DNA of 64,000 nucleotides, from positions 1-64,000 of IMG/VR virus record IMGVR_UViG_3300012971_000019; one strand, written 5' to 3'. Made by a program: the position numbers and the translations under genes. The first letter of the stretch is position 1. Each line of letters opens with the position of its first letter. The notes under the pieces were generated by a model. It did not search any database. It was not told where the DNA came from and saw only the letters and a list, made by a program, of their open reading frames with translations. Shown piece after piece: positions 53,511-62,415 of the stretch. This stretch comes from a virus (Duplodnaviria; Caudoviricetes).

Positions 53511-53701
53511 AGCCTATCGATTGCCGCCAGAGCTTCCCGGCGGACTTTCGCCAATTCTTCGCGCGCACGGCCGAGTGCCGCACGAGCCCGCTGGATCAGC
53601 ACCATGGTTTGAGGGTCCTTTTTGTCGAGGGCCGATTCCAGAACTGTAATTGCAGCGTCCGCCTCCTCGATCGCGAGCATGATGTAGCGAGTTGATTTCA
53701 T
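53507..53701 (-). CDS. helical-hairpin hypothetical protein
   Basis: coupled ORF MKSTRYIMLAIEE... Confidence 0.55.
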   Translation of the reverse strand: MKSTRYIMLAIEEADAAITVLESALDKKDPQTMVLIQRARAALGRAREELAKVRREALAAIDRL

Positions 53702-53886
53702 TGGCGCTCGGTCTCCGAGATCACTGCGATCTTCCACCCCTTGGCCGAGCAATAGGCGCGCACCCGCTTGCGCGACCACCTTTTCATGTAGCGCACGATG
53801 TCGGCCGCCTCGACCACTTTGTCGTTGTGCAGCACGATCCCCGCACGGAAGTGCGGCGCCTCGATGTATGCGAGAATTTCGGTCAT
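53698..53886 (-). CDS. conserved phage hypothetical protein
   Basis: APHFRAGIVL...VVEAADIVRYM..W...VRAYC..KGW. Confidence 0.7.
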   Translation of the reverse strand: MTEILAYIEAPHFRAGIVLHNDKVVEAADIVRYMKRWSRKRVRAYCSAKGWKIAVISETERQ

Positions 53887-54089
53887 GGTTTCGGATGCGC
53901 CTTGGCAATGTGCTCGATGGCTTCGTCGTACGTCATCGATGGCCCCGGAGGATCACCATCGTTGAAGGAGAACTCGCCGAAACAGATGCAGCACGAGAAT
54001 CGCTGGACACCATCCGGTCCAGGCCGCGTGGGCATCGGCTCGCGCCAATCCATCCACGGGAACCTCGCTTGGAAATCGATGCGGCTCAC
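53883..54089 (-). CDS. C2H2-like Zn-finger protein (paralog B)
   Basis: FPWMDWREPMP...RFSCCIC...HIAKAHP; GTG start. Confidence 0.6.
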   Translation of the reverse strand: MSRIDFQARFPWMDWREPMPTRPGPDGVQRFSCCICFGEFSFNDGDPPGPSMTYDEAIEHIAKAHPKP

Positions 54090-54292
54090 GGGTGCGCCTC
54101 GAAAATGTGGATGAAGCATTCCTCGAAGCTCGATGTCAGCTTTTCGACATCGATGCCTTTGAGGCCTTTCTCGGCGATACAGATGCGGCACGCGAAGCGC
54201 CGCACTATCAAGCCGTCCGATGCGAACCCGGTCACCGGCACCGGCGTACGCCAGGGGATTTCGGGCCACTCTCTTTCGAATCGATGCGTCAT
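54086..54292 (-). CDS. C2H2-like Zn-finger protein (paralog A)
   Basis: WPEIPWRTPVP...RFACRIC...HIFEAHP. Confidence 0.65.
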   Translation of the reverse strand: MTHRFEREWPEIPWRTPVPVTGFASDGLIVRRFACRICIAEKGLKGIDVEKLTSSFEECFIHIFEAHP

Positions 54293-54915
54293 GCGTGGTG
54301 CCTGTTGGCGATGCGCAGGAACTCATCCTCGGAGGCCTCCAGCATGAGTTTCTGCGCCAGTAGCTGATCGGCCAGCGGGAGACTCAGATCGCAGTGCGCG
54401 CACAGGCGGTGCAAGACGTGATCCGGGAGCTGGCCGAGCACATCGACATTGCCGGCCGCGCTCGATGCGCGGATGCGATAGCGCGTTCGCGATCGGCCGC
54501 CCTCGACGATGAACCAGCCACGGTTCGTGAGCATGGCACGCTGCTCCTCGGTCAGGTGCTGGAGCAGCAACGCCCTGGAGCGCTCGCGTGCCTCCTCGCG
54601 GAGCAGGCGCTCCAGCCGCTCGCGCTCGACCGCCTCAGGATCGGGAGGTCGGTGCAGCACGGCAGGAGCGGCGAGTTGCTCCTGCAGGCGCCGCATGCGC
54701 GGGCCCGGGATCAACGGTTGGCCGTACGGTATGGCCTGCATGGTAGTGAACGTCCCTCCCGTGGTGTCCATGATCCACGGCATCGTGATCGAGTTGGTGG
54801 CGGCGGTCTGGTTAGCGTAGACCCAGTAGGCGGTACTCGCCGTTCCGCAGTCCGTCGTGTAGGTGGCCCAGGTGTTGTTCCTGGGCATCAGCCACCCATA
54901 GATCGGCATGCTCAT
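54289..54915 (-). CDS. partner of GG-terminated protein; low-complexity N-terminus and conserved C-terminal domain
   Basis: ARERSRALLLQHL...WFIVEG...YRI...GNV...RLCAHC...DQLLAQKLMLE..EDEFLRIAN. Confidence 0.7.
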   Translation of the reverse strand: MSMPIYGWLMPRNNTWATYTTDCGTASTAYWVYANQTAATNSITMPWIMDTTGGTFTTMQAIPYGQPLIPGPRMRRLQEQLAAPAVLHRPPDPEAVERERLERLLREEARERSRALLLQHLTEEQRAMLTNRGWFIVEGGRSRTRYRIRASSAAGNVDVLGQLPDHVLHRLCAHCDLSLPLADQLLAQKLMLEASEDEFLRIANRHHA

Positions 54916-55139
54916 CCCCCGGCGATGTGCGGCACGAGCACCATCTCTTCCTCGTCGGGATCGAACGTGTCGATCCGTCGCCCAGGCTTGTCGGCGTCGA
55001 GGCCGACCGCGAACGCGCGGTAGCCCTTCGCCGTCATCTCGTTGAACACCGCCCTGGCGCTCGCGACCTCGGCGTCGTTCGTCGAGTCCCATTGCACTCG
55101 GGTGTGACCGGTGCGATCGAGTACGTGCATTTCGCTCAT
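54912..55139 (-). CDS. 75-aa protein ending in di-glycine (possible ubiquitin-like modifier)
   Basis: MHVLDRTGHT...W...EV..AR..F...KGY.AF...FDPDEEEMVLVPHIAGG-stop; GGAGG RBS. Confidence 0.7.
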   Translation of the reverse strand: MSEMHVLDRTGHTRVQWDSTNDAEVASARAVFNEMTAKGYRAFAVGLDADKPGRRIDTFDPDEEEMVLVPHIAGG

Positions 55140-55263
55140 TGTCTTCCTCCGTTGAAAAAAGCAGGCGGCGGCAAGGATTTTCGGGGTTCCATGGGAATTA
55201 TGGCCGCCGCCGCGTCCCGGCACCTCCCCAGTGGGTTCCAAAGGACTTGCTGGCCGGGCATTC

Positions 55264-55485
55264 TCACGCTCGTGGGCCACCAGCCCACTCCCAAGCTCCA
55301 GAGTGATAGACCATGCTGTGGCTGCAGTAGATGCACTTGAGCTTGTCTCCTTCTTCCGGCGGTCTGTTCGGTCGGCCATGGCGCTCGGGCCAGGTTCTCG
55401 CTTCGTCGAGCACCGCTATGCAGCATCGCATCAGGCCGCCAGGACGTATGCTCCACTCATTTCGCTTCACCTTTCGCAAGAACAT
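55264..55485 (-). CDS. small Zn-binding protein
   Basis: MRCC...LKCIYC. Confidence 0.55.
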   Translation of the reverse strand: MFLRKVKRNEWSIRPGGLMRCCIAVLDEARTWPERHGRPNRPPEEGDKLKCIYCSHSMVYHSGAWEWAGGPRA

Positions 55486-56026
55486 TAACGACCTCCAGGA
55501 ACGAATGACCGGGCACTGTCTGGCCGCCCTCCAACAGCAACCACTTTCCGGTGGGGTTCATGGTGGGCGGGAAAATCGTGACTGTTGACTGGCTTCCTCG
55601 ACGGATCAGCGTGGCCATGCCTTCGAGGCTGCGACGCTGGATGAATCGGAGCAGCCCCTTTTCGAGGAAAGCGTTCGGACGCCGGTGATCGATCCATACC
55701 TGGACCACCGGGATATTGATGCTCTCGCCCGTCTCAGTATTCTGGCGCGTCACAAAATCTGGTGCCGGATCGATCACATAGCCAACACGATCAGGTCGCT
55801 TGAGATCGTCAGTGTCGTCGTTGGTCAACCACCGGCACGACCACAGACGGCACGACATCGGCCGCCGATCGTAGATCAGGCATCCGCCTGGATGCTGATG
55901 CTGATGCGGGCACTTCACGTTCGATGGCTTCTTGATCTCGGGCACGGGGATCAGCTTGCAGCACAGTGTGCAATCGCCGCATCGGCGGGTCCCGGTTTGC
56001 AGCTTGATCGTGATCGTCTGATTCAT
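55457..56026 (-). CDS. YkgJ-like Cys-cluster (Zn/Fe-chelating) protein
   Basis: CGDCTLCC...C...CLIYDRRPMSCRLWSC. Confidence 0.82.
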   Translation of the reverse strand: MNQTITIKLQTGTRRCGDCTLCCKLIPVPEIKKPSNVKCPHQHQHPGGCLIYDRRPMSCRLWSCRWLTNDDTDDLKRPDRVGYVIDPAPDFVTRQNTETGESINIPVVQVWIDHRRPNAFLEKGLLRFIQRRSLEGMATLIRRGSQSTVTIFPPTMNPTGKWLLLEGGQTVPGHSFLEVVNVLAKGEAK

Positions 56027-56132
56027 CCGATTTCACCGAGAAAAGCGGGGACCTCGGTATTCAGGCGGAGGGGTCACGGCCGAGGTCCCCGAAGTTTGGG
56101 CTGTTGGGGATTTGCGGAAACAACAGCCCAGC

Positions 56133-56501
56133 TCACAGCATCGCGTGTATCAGCTTCAGGACGGCGCGGCGCTTCTCCGTCGAGAGGCGTCGCCACATTG
56201 ACATCAATTCGAACGCGCCACGGTGTTGGCTGATGTTGGCGACCGTCCGATCGATTTTCGAAAGCTCGACGCCATCGAGGATCAACTGCTCGATCGGAAC
56301 ATTCAGAACCGTGGCGATCTCCGCAAGGCGTCCAACGCTTATACGGTTTGCGCCCGATTCGTATTTCTGGACTTGCTGGAACGTCAGGCCGATCTCATCG
56401 GCGAGCTTCGATTGCGACATCTTCTGCGCATGCCGCTCCAGCTTGATGCGCGCCCCGACCGCGATATCGACCGCGTTCGGCTTGTTGTTCCGGTCGATCA
56501 T
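56133..56501 (-). CDS. XRE-family HTH regulator (alphaproteobacterial type)
   Basis: VGARIKLER...MSQSKLADEIGLTFQQVQKYESGANRIS. Confidence 0.93.
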   Translation of the reverse strand: MIDRNNKPNAVDIAVGARIKLERHAQKMSQSKLADEIGLTFQQVQKYESGANRISVGRLAEIATVLNVPIEQLILDGVELSKIDRTVANISQHRGAFELMSMWRRLSTEKRRAVLKLIHAML

Positions 56502-56827
56502 GCGCCACCATTCCGTCTGCGCGGCACCGCGTGCACCGGCTTGCGTGTGACCTTGATCTCGTTGCCATCCTGGTCGAGCCACACGCATTTCCCGCCGACC
56601 GCGGCGGCGACCGCCATGATGCAGGCATAGGTCGGCCGGCGCGTTTTGCCGTGGAACCAATTCGAGATTGTGGTCACGCTCACCGAACTCGCCTCGTGAA
56701 TCTTCGAGTACGAGTCACCTGACATATGCACCATGGTGCGGACGACATCGATCACCGGGTCCTTGTCAACGAACGAGTAGGAGCGCAGCACATTGATCGT
56801 GCGCGAAGGTACGACGGGTTTCTTCAT
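56498..56827 (-). CDS. Cro/XRE-like HTH protein
   Basis: SYSKIHEASSVSVTTISNWFHGKTRRP. Confidence 0.8.
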   Translation of the reverse strand: MKKPVVPSRTINVLRSYSFVDKDPVIDVVRTMVHMSGDSYSKIHEASSVSVTTISNWFHGKTRRPTYACIMAVAAAVGGKCVWLDQDGNEIKVTRKPVHAVPRRRNGGA

Positions 56828-56832
56828 CGCCG

Positions 56833-57540
56833 CTACTCCGCAGCGGCGTAAATGTGGTCGTCGCTCTTGGTAACGCGGCCGTTCTTCTGAAGGTCGTGGA
56901 GTGCGGAGCTTACCGAGCCCCCGGCAAACCCGTTTTGCTCAAGCACCTGCGCAAGGCCGGGCCGTTTCATCGGCCCTGACTTCTTCAGCGTCATGAAGAC
57001 CGTCTCGCGTGCTCCAGGCCTGTCGCCGCCGCCGCGCTTCGGTGGTTTCCGCGTCGGTGCGGGCAAAGCTTTCTGTTTTGCTGGCGGTAATGCGTGACTA
57101 TTGACGATCTTGGGAATGTAGAGACCGCGACCGACGCGCTCGATCATCTTTCCCTTGAGCATGTTCGTCAGCGCCGTCGACACTGTCGTTTCGGCCAAGC
57201 TGTGCGACAGAAATACTGCGCGAATTCGTTCGATGGTTGCCGGTTTTTCTCGCGTGTTGTTCTTGATGGCTTCCAGCGTGACCTCCCAGGTGTACGCGAG
57301 TTGACCATCCTTTAGGCGTGTTCGCCTTTGCGGCGCCGCCAGTGCCATGGGCTTGTTGCGTGCGTACCGATGAACCTCGGTGATCATCTCGCATCCGGTC
57401 ACGTTGCACCGATGATCCTCCGTGAGCATGCGGATCGTCGGGCCGACGCGTTCCTCCGTCGTGACGGAGAACGCTTCGATCTCTCCAGCCATGAATGAGA
57501 TTTTGAATCGTGTGACTGTCGGCTTCTTCATGCCGATCAC
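56833..57540 (-). CDS. protein with two winged-helix-like domains
   Basis: ETTVSTALTNMLKGKMIERVGRGLY and GSVSSALHDLQKNGRVTK. Confidence 0.6.
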   Translation of the reverse strand: MIGMKKPTVTRFKISFMAGEIEAFSVTTEERVGPTIRMLTEDHRCNVTGCEMITEVHRYARNKPMALAAPQRRTRLKDGQLAYTWEVTLEAIKNNTREKPATIERIRAVFLSHSLAETTVSTALTNMLKGKMIERVGRGLYIPKIVNSHALPPAKQKALPAPTRKPPKRGGGDRPGARETVFMTLKKSGPMKRPGLAQVLEQNGFAGGSVSSALHDLQKNGRVTKSDDHIYAAAE

Positions 57541-57605
57541 TCCCTTTGCCTAAACCCGCTCGTTTGTTTTGCTTCGCCGGGTGTGCGCGGGCGTTGCCCC
57601 AGCGT

Positions 57606-58589
57606 TTAGCATGCGCCGATCAGATCGTTCGGCGTGATACCCAAAGCTTTGCAGAGTGCTTTAAGCCGCGTCGAGGCAATAGCATCGCGGCCTGTCTCAT
57701 ACTTGTGGACCTGTTGCGCCGTGATCCCGACTTGGAGGGCGACCGCTTCCTGGGTCAGCCCGAGTTCGATGCGGAACCGCCGCAAGCGCTCGCCGATCTC
57801 GATGTCGGTTTTTGCCCCGCGCCTCCGTCGGCGTCGATCGAGCACGGCTAAACCCCACCGTCGCATTACTGTAACACCACATAGCGGTATCATTGCATCC
57901 GTTACGTTTGCAACTAATTTCTTTCGCGTAATCGTAGGTGTCCAATTACCTCCGAGAATCTGCCAGGGCCCGGTCGCGCCCCAGGCGCAGGCACCGCACA
58001 GAGAGGCGCCCAGGAGCAGGAACAGCAGCCGCGCTAGGGTGGGTGGGGAGGTGTCGTTTCGCGCAATGGGCGGCCAGATTTGAGCCTCCAGAGCGGCATA
58101 TTCGGCGGTCTCCGGGTCTTCGCTCGACCTCCGCGATTCGGGCTCCAGTACGACCGGCATCGGCGGCGGCGGATCGAGCACGCGCGGGGGCGGCAGGGGA
58201 TCGAACATGGTTCGCGCCAACATTCTGTGCGCGTAGTCAATAAGCGGAAGCGCATAGATCGGCCCGAGCGAATCAAGCGGCCGAGGTGGCGGCGGCGGCT
58301 CGCGTACGGGCACGGGAACTGGCGCCGGCTTGGAGTGATAGGGCTCGACCATGGGCCGCACGATCGGCCGCGTCGTGAGGACCGGGTTATGGCGCTCGGC
58401 CTGGCGGTGACCTCCGGGGTACCAGCATCGCTCGCCGGCAACCGGGCGATACCGACAATAACCGGCGTCAGCCCTGAGGCACTCAGAGCGCGTCATGCAG
58501 CTTGCGGCCGGCGCGCTCCGCGCCAGCGCCAGCGCCAATAGCACGCCGGCAAGGAGCCAGAACAACAGCCCGAGCGCTTTGCTCAACAT
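57606..58589 (-). CDS. signal peptide/Cys-rich/Pro-rich/TM protein in frame with a C-terminal XRE HTH (HTH may start separately at GTG 57845)
   Basis: MLSKALGLLFWLLAG...; LARLLFLLLGASL TM; IEIGERLRRFR...TQEAVALQVGITAQQVHKYETG. Confidence 0.6.
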   Translation of the reverse strand: MLSKALGLLFWLLAGVLLALALARSAPAASCMTRSECLRADAGYCRYRPVAGERCWYPGGHRQAERHNPVLTTRPIVRPMVEPYHSKPAPVPVPVREPPPPPRPLDSLGPIYALPLIDYAHRMLARTMFDPLPPPRVLDPPPPMPVVLEPESRRSSEDPETAEYAALEAQIWPPIARNDTSPPTLARLLFLLLGASLCGACAWGATGPWQILGGNWTPTITRKKLVANVTDAMIPLCGVTVMRRWGLAVLDRRRRRRGAKTDIEIGERLRRFRIELGLTQEAVALQVGITAQQVHKYETGRDAIASTRLKALCKALGITPNDLIGAC

Positions 58590-58650
58590 GATCGCCTCCT
58601 ACTTTGCTTTTCGGCCTGATTCCGACGTGACGCTTTACAGGTCGCACCCT

Positions 58651-58965
58651 CTACGATTGTTCCACCCAATCCGCTGCGAGCGTCCGCAGCAATTCCGTTT
58701 CCGCTTCGGTGAACTCAACCTTGGACCAGTCCTCGGGGAGCCTCGCGTTTTTGTCGCGTGGAATCTCCATCAGGAAGACTCGTCCTGTGCACTGGCCGAC
58801 GTGATCGATGTATTTTGCGAGCAGGCCACGCAGCCCGGCTTGCTTACGCAGCATGTCAGCCGCCACGCGCAGGTCATCGTCGCGATGCGATCCTTTGGTC
58901 CCCTGGTCGGCAAGAACCCAAAAATCGAGTCGGGCCGCAGCGTCGGTCGCGTTCTCGATCACCAT
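58651..58965 (-). CDS. hypothetical protein
   Basis: 104-aa ORF with phage-like codon usage. Confidence 0.55.
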   Translation of the reverse strand: MVIENATDAAARLDFWVLADQGTKGSHRDDDLRVAADMLRKQAGLRGLLAKYIDHVGQCTGRVFLMEIPRDKNARLPEDWSKVEFTEAETELLRTLAADWVEQS

Positions 58966-59270
58966 TTCGGCTTCTCGGTTCTGGCGATCAGGTCGCCGTT
59001 CTGCTCGACGAAGCCGGCGAAGGATTCGCTGATTCGTTTGGCCATGTCGGTGTACTCGACCATGCGCCCGGCCAGGATGTTACCCTCGGCCTTCAGCCGG
59101 TTCTGGAAAGTCTTGAGCTGCTCGATCGCATGATCGATCTCCTCGATCGCGTCGGCGGTCGCGTTGAGGATGCCGGTCGCGGGCGTGCCGGTGATCCCCT
59201 TGGCTTCGATCGGCGTCGGCTCGCCGTCGAGGATCGGTTCGTCCTCGGGTGGCTGCTCGAACTCGGTCAT
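58959..59270 (-). CDS. coiled-coil hypothetical protein
   Basis: IEEIDHAIEQLKTFQNRL; coupled start at 59270. Confidence 0.6.
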   Translation of the reverse strand: MTEFEQPPEDEPILDGEPTPIEAKGITGTPATGILNATADAIEEIDHAIEQLKTFQNRLKAEGNILAGRMVEYTDMAKRISESFAGFVEQNGDLIARTEKPKW

Positions 59271-59518
59271 GGCATCAGCTCCCTCGCTCGTGCCTTGAAA
59301 TGCTCCAGGATGAACACCCGGATCGATGACGACAGGTTCTTCGAGATGCGTTCCCGCTCGATCGTATGGATCAGGTTCGGCACCGAGACTTGGGCCTCTC
59401 GGGCGATGGCCTTGAGACTTTGCCAAAACGGTTCCTCCAGGGTTAAGCTCGACTTCTTGCCGTGCGTGGTGACGAACGAGCGCTTGGCGATCGGATACGG
59501 GGGACGGCGACGTTTCAT
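59267..59518 (-). CDS. ribbon-helix-helix protein (RHH_4 family)
   Basis: KRSF...GKKSSLTLEEPFWQSLKAIA...NLSSSIRVFIL. Confidence 0.9.
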   Translation of the reverse strand: MKRRRPPYPIAKRSFVTTHGKKSSLTLEEPFWQSLKAIAREAQVSVPNLIHTIERERISKNLSSSIRVFILEHFKARARELMP

Positions 59519-59820
59519 GGGAAACCCTCCTCGGCCGGCGGCGCGAAGGCCTGCCGCACGTAGGGCAGTTGGCCGCCATGGTGATCGGCGAGGTGCATGC
59601 GGAAGTGCTGTTCGGCGGCCTGCCGACAACGGTAGCCGTACTCGGCCTCGCTCGTGAGCATCAGCAGGAAGGTCGAGGCGGCGTAGTAGCCGCCATAGCT
59701 CACGGTCTCACTGTGCGCGATGACGGCGGTCCAGAGGCGATCGATCTCTTCGCGCCACACGTGGATCGGCGGGAGATTAGAGGGCGCTCGGTGGCGGCGG
59801 CGGCGCATCGGGCTCACCAA
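59515..59820 (-). CDS. hypothetical protein
   Basis: 101-aa ORF coupled to RHH gene. Confidence 0.55.
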   Translation of the reverse strand: MVSPMRRRRHRAPSNLPPIHVWREEIDRLWTAVIAHSETVSYGGYYAASTFLLMLTSEAEYGYRCRQAAEQHFRMHLADHHGGQLPYVRQAFAPPAEEGFP

Positions 59821-59826
59821 TGCGCT

Positions 59827-60008
59827 TTAGACACTCGGCCGAAAAAGCCTTTAGAAGCAATGGGTGCGCCAACACCCCTTAGACGAAATAAATTGTGTAG
59901 AATCAGGTCCGAGAGTAATTTTCGGGAAAGTACTCTAGCCATCATGCCCTCCTTGATCTGTAACGGTTTTTCGCCCGAAGTGTCTAATCGAAAAATCCGC
60001 ATTAGACA
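59827..60008. repeat. AT-rich intergenic region with TTAGAC motif cluster and ~20-bp inverted repeat
   Basis: TTAGACACTCGGCCGAAAAA 59827-59846 vs reverse TTAGACACTTCGGGCGAAAAA 59967-59987; further TTAGAC at 59879 and 60002. Confidence 0.75.
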
Positions 60009-60014
60009 TTCCGG

Positions 60015-61133
60015 TCATGGTCTCTCTTCGTGTTCGACCGTGTAGTCGTGGAGCACGAAGCCCAGGCCGGCGTCGCCCCGCTGGTGCTCCGGGATTTTGA
60101 TGCGGATGCCCTTGCAGATCGTGCAGGCCGTGTGATTCGCATCGGTGGCGACGAACTCGTGCTCGCACAGCGGTGACAGCGGGTTCCGCCAGTCCTTCCG
60201 CCAGAACGCGCGGACCATGTGCGCCTTGCGCCGCGTGATCGCGATGGCCTTCTTCGCCGTCGTGCGCCAGCGCTCCTGCGGCACCGTCAGATGAATGATT
60301 TTGTGCTCGACGAACTTGCGGTGCTGGCCACGGCTGATATAGCCGCGATCCGGCTGCACGGTCTGGATGCTCACCGGCAGATCGTTGATGGTCGCCAGCA
60401 GGGCCCACAGGTACCGGAGATCGGAAGCGATCTCGGCGAACACGTTGAACGGTGTGTGCTTGAGATAATTGGTTAGGAATTTATAGGACAGATGCGGAGC
60501 CGGGATGACGCAGACATTGGGATTGCGATACGACCAGACGCCGGTCATCAATCCTTCGATCGGCATCGTCTTGCCACCGATCTCGAACGTTTCGGGCGTC
60601 GGGAACTTCGGCCAGGGCGGCGGCCCATCGTCGGTGCGCCAGGCCACGCTGAACATATTGGGGATCGGCTTGGGTTCGTTCACGCCCGTCGTGTTGTTGA
60701 CCGAGTGGCTCGAAATCGGCAGCGCGAAGAATGCCGTCTCAAGCTGAGGATGCTGGCAGCACAGCCAGCCGTGTCGATCCGGCTCGTCCATTGGCTTGCC
60801 GAGATCGGCGGCGCGGCCGACGACTGCGACCTCGTATTCGCTCCGTGATCGCTGATTGCGGGCCTTCAGATCGAACTCGATCCAGGTGACCGGGTGCGGC
60901 AGCATCGCCGACACGCGCAGCGATTCCAGAGTCCGTTGTGTCTTCTCGGCAGTCTGCCCGATCATGCTGGCGTTGCCGAGATCGCCCATGTATGCCGACA
61001 TGCTCTCGTCGAGCACGAACTTGCGCGCCCCAGCGAGCGCTCTGACCAGGACGCCCGGATCGCCAGTCCGCTTATAGGCCGGGCGCGACCATTCGCGGAT
61101 AGTACCATCGCAGAGTGTCGGGGCTTGCTTCAT
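60015..61133 (-). CDS. conserved phage hypothetical protein
   Basis: 372-aa ORF; H.VRAFWR...EHQRGDAGLG C-terminus. Confidence 0.75.
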   Translation of the reverse strand: MKQAPTLCDGTIREWSRPAYKRTGDPGVLVRALAGARKFVLDESMSAYMGDLGNASMIGQTAEKTQRTLESLRVSAMLPHPVTWIEFDLKARNQRSRSEYEVAVVGRAADLGKPMDEPDRHGWLCCQHPQLETAFFALPISSHSVNNTTGVNEPKPIPNMFSVAWRTDDGPPPWPKFPTPETFEIGGKTMPIEGLMTGVWSYRNPNVCVIPAPHLSYKFLTNYLKHTPFNVFAEIASDLRYLWALLATINDLPVSIQTVQPDRGYISRGQHRKFVEHKIIHLTVPQERWRTTAKKAIAITRRKAHMVRAFWRKDWRNPLSPLCEHEFVATDANHTACTICKGIRIKIPEHQRGDAGLGFVLHDYTVEHEERP

Positions 61134-61140
61134 GTGAAAC

Positions 61141-62415
61141 CTACGCCGCCCGCGGCAGCTTCACGATCTTGCCGGCCGCCTGCTCGGCTCGGAATGCGTT
61201 GACCTTCTCGGCCGTTGCCAGGCTCGCCTTGATCCGGTTGAACCGCTCGAAGTAGGGCTTCGAGGAGTCGATGTGGGCCTGGCCGAGACCAGCCATCAGG
61301 CCGAACGGATCACCGGCGGCCAGTGGCGCTTCCTCGCCGAAGTTCTCGCGGAATGCGTGGGCTCGGTGGGCCTCGGGGATGTTCGCTTCCGCGCACGCCT
61401 TGCCGAAGCTTTTCGACAGGTTCTCGGGTGTGTAGGCTTTCCTGTGTCCGTCGATCAGGAACGTCTTCTGTCCTGGCGGGAGCAGATCGAGCGCCGCCTG
61501 CAGCTCGGGGGTGATCGGCTTGGCGACGATCGCCGTGTCGGGGCTCCGCGTCTCGCTCTTGGTGGCAAACCACACGATCACTTTGCCGGTGAAGCCGTAC
61601 GGTTCACCGTCGTACACGTTCGCCGGGCCGAACTCGGCTACGTCCTCGACGCGGGCGGCGGTGTCGTAGAACAGGTGCAGCGCCAGGTACCACTTCGTGC
61701 CGAGCGGCCACGTGCCTTCGAACTGATCTATCAGTTCCTTGGTCCAGGGCTTCTGGCCAACGGGAACGTAGATCGCCGTCTCCAGGCCGAGCACCGGATT
61801 TTCGGGCACGAGCTTCTCGGCCACCGCCCAGGCGAACAGGGCAGTCAGCTCGCGCTTCATGTTCCGCTGGATCGAGGCCTTGAAGCGGTCGGGGAACGTC
61901 AGGAGACCCTGCAGCTTCGCCCGCGTCAGCATCATGTCGCCATCGGCGTCATGCGTCGGGAGATCACCCCAGCAGACTGGTTGGTTGGTTTTCTCGTCAA
62001 TGCTGGTCATCCGGCAAAACCGGTCGAGGGCCTGCTTGCGGTTCCGCTTCGTGGCCTTTGACGGGATGTTGGCAAAGGCGACGCTCTGGTAATGCGCCAG
62101 GATCAGCTCCTTCACCGTGCGCTTGACCACCCGCTCGCGAGGCGCGTCGGCGGTGGGCTCGTCGCCCTTCGTGGTCTCTCGATCGAGCCAGATGCCGTTA
62201 AGCGCGCTCTGGTAACGCCAGTTGAAGTCGGGCGTATTGAACATGATCGGTAGGTGCGAACCCTTCGGCGCGATGCCGAGCCACATGTCTTTCTGCCAGG
62301 GGGTTTCCTTCGGCCAATTCTTGCGGCGGAAGTAGACGTGCTCGTGATTGCCAGCCGTGTAGGCCTTGACGTACTTCGGGTGGCCGGTTTTCCGTCGTGT
62401 GGTCTCGGTCGTCAT
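61141..62415 (-). CDS. int: tyrosine integrase/recombinase (divergent)
   Basis: HVYFRR N-terminal arm; DTAARVEDV (R), ATKS (K), HAFR (HxxR), LGQ (H/W position) and KPY (Y). Confidence 0.85.
   Translation of the reverse strand: MTTETTRRKTGHPKYVKAYTAGNHEHVYFRRKNWPKETPWQKDMWLGIAPKGSHLPIMFNTPDFNWRYQSALNGIWLDRETTKGDEPTADAPRERVVKRTVKELILAHYQSVAFANIPSKATKRNRKQALDRFCRMTSIDEKTNQPVCWGDLPTHDADGDMMLTRAKLQGLLTFPDRFKASIQRNMKRELTALFAWAVAEKLVPENPVLGLETAIYVPVGQKPWTKELIDQFEGTWPLGTKWYLALHLFYDTAARVEDVAEFGPANVYDGEPYGFTGKVIVWFATKSETRSPDTAIVAKPITPELQAALDLLPPGQKTFLIDGHRKAYTPENLSKSFGKACAEANIPEAHRAHAFRENFGEEAPLAAGDPFGLMAGLGQAHIDSSKPYFERFNRIKASLATAEKVNAFRAEQAAGKIVKLPRAA

Noticed and set aside
55151-55185. Sixth copy of the promoter motif
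   Set aside because: Outer TTGAAA...GATTTTC spacing matches, but the -35 (CCCGAA) and -10 (TGCTTTT) boxes are poor; possibly a decayed copy.
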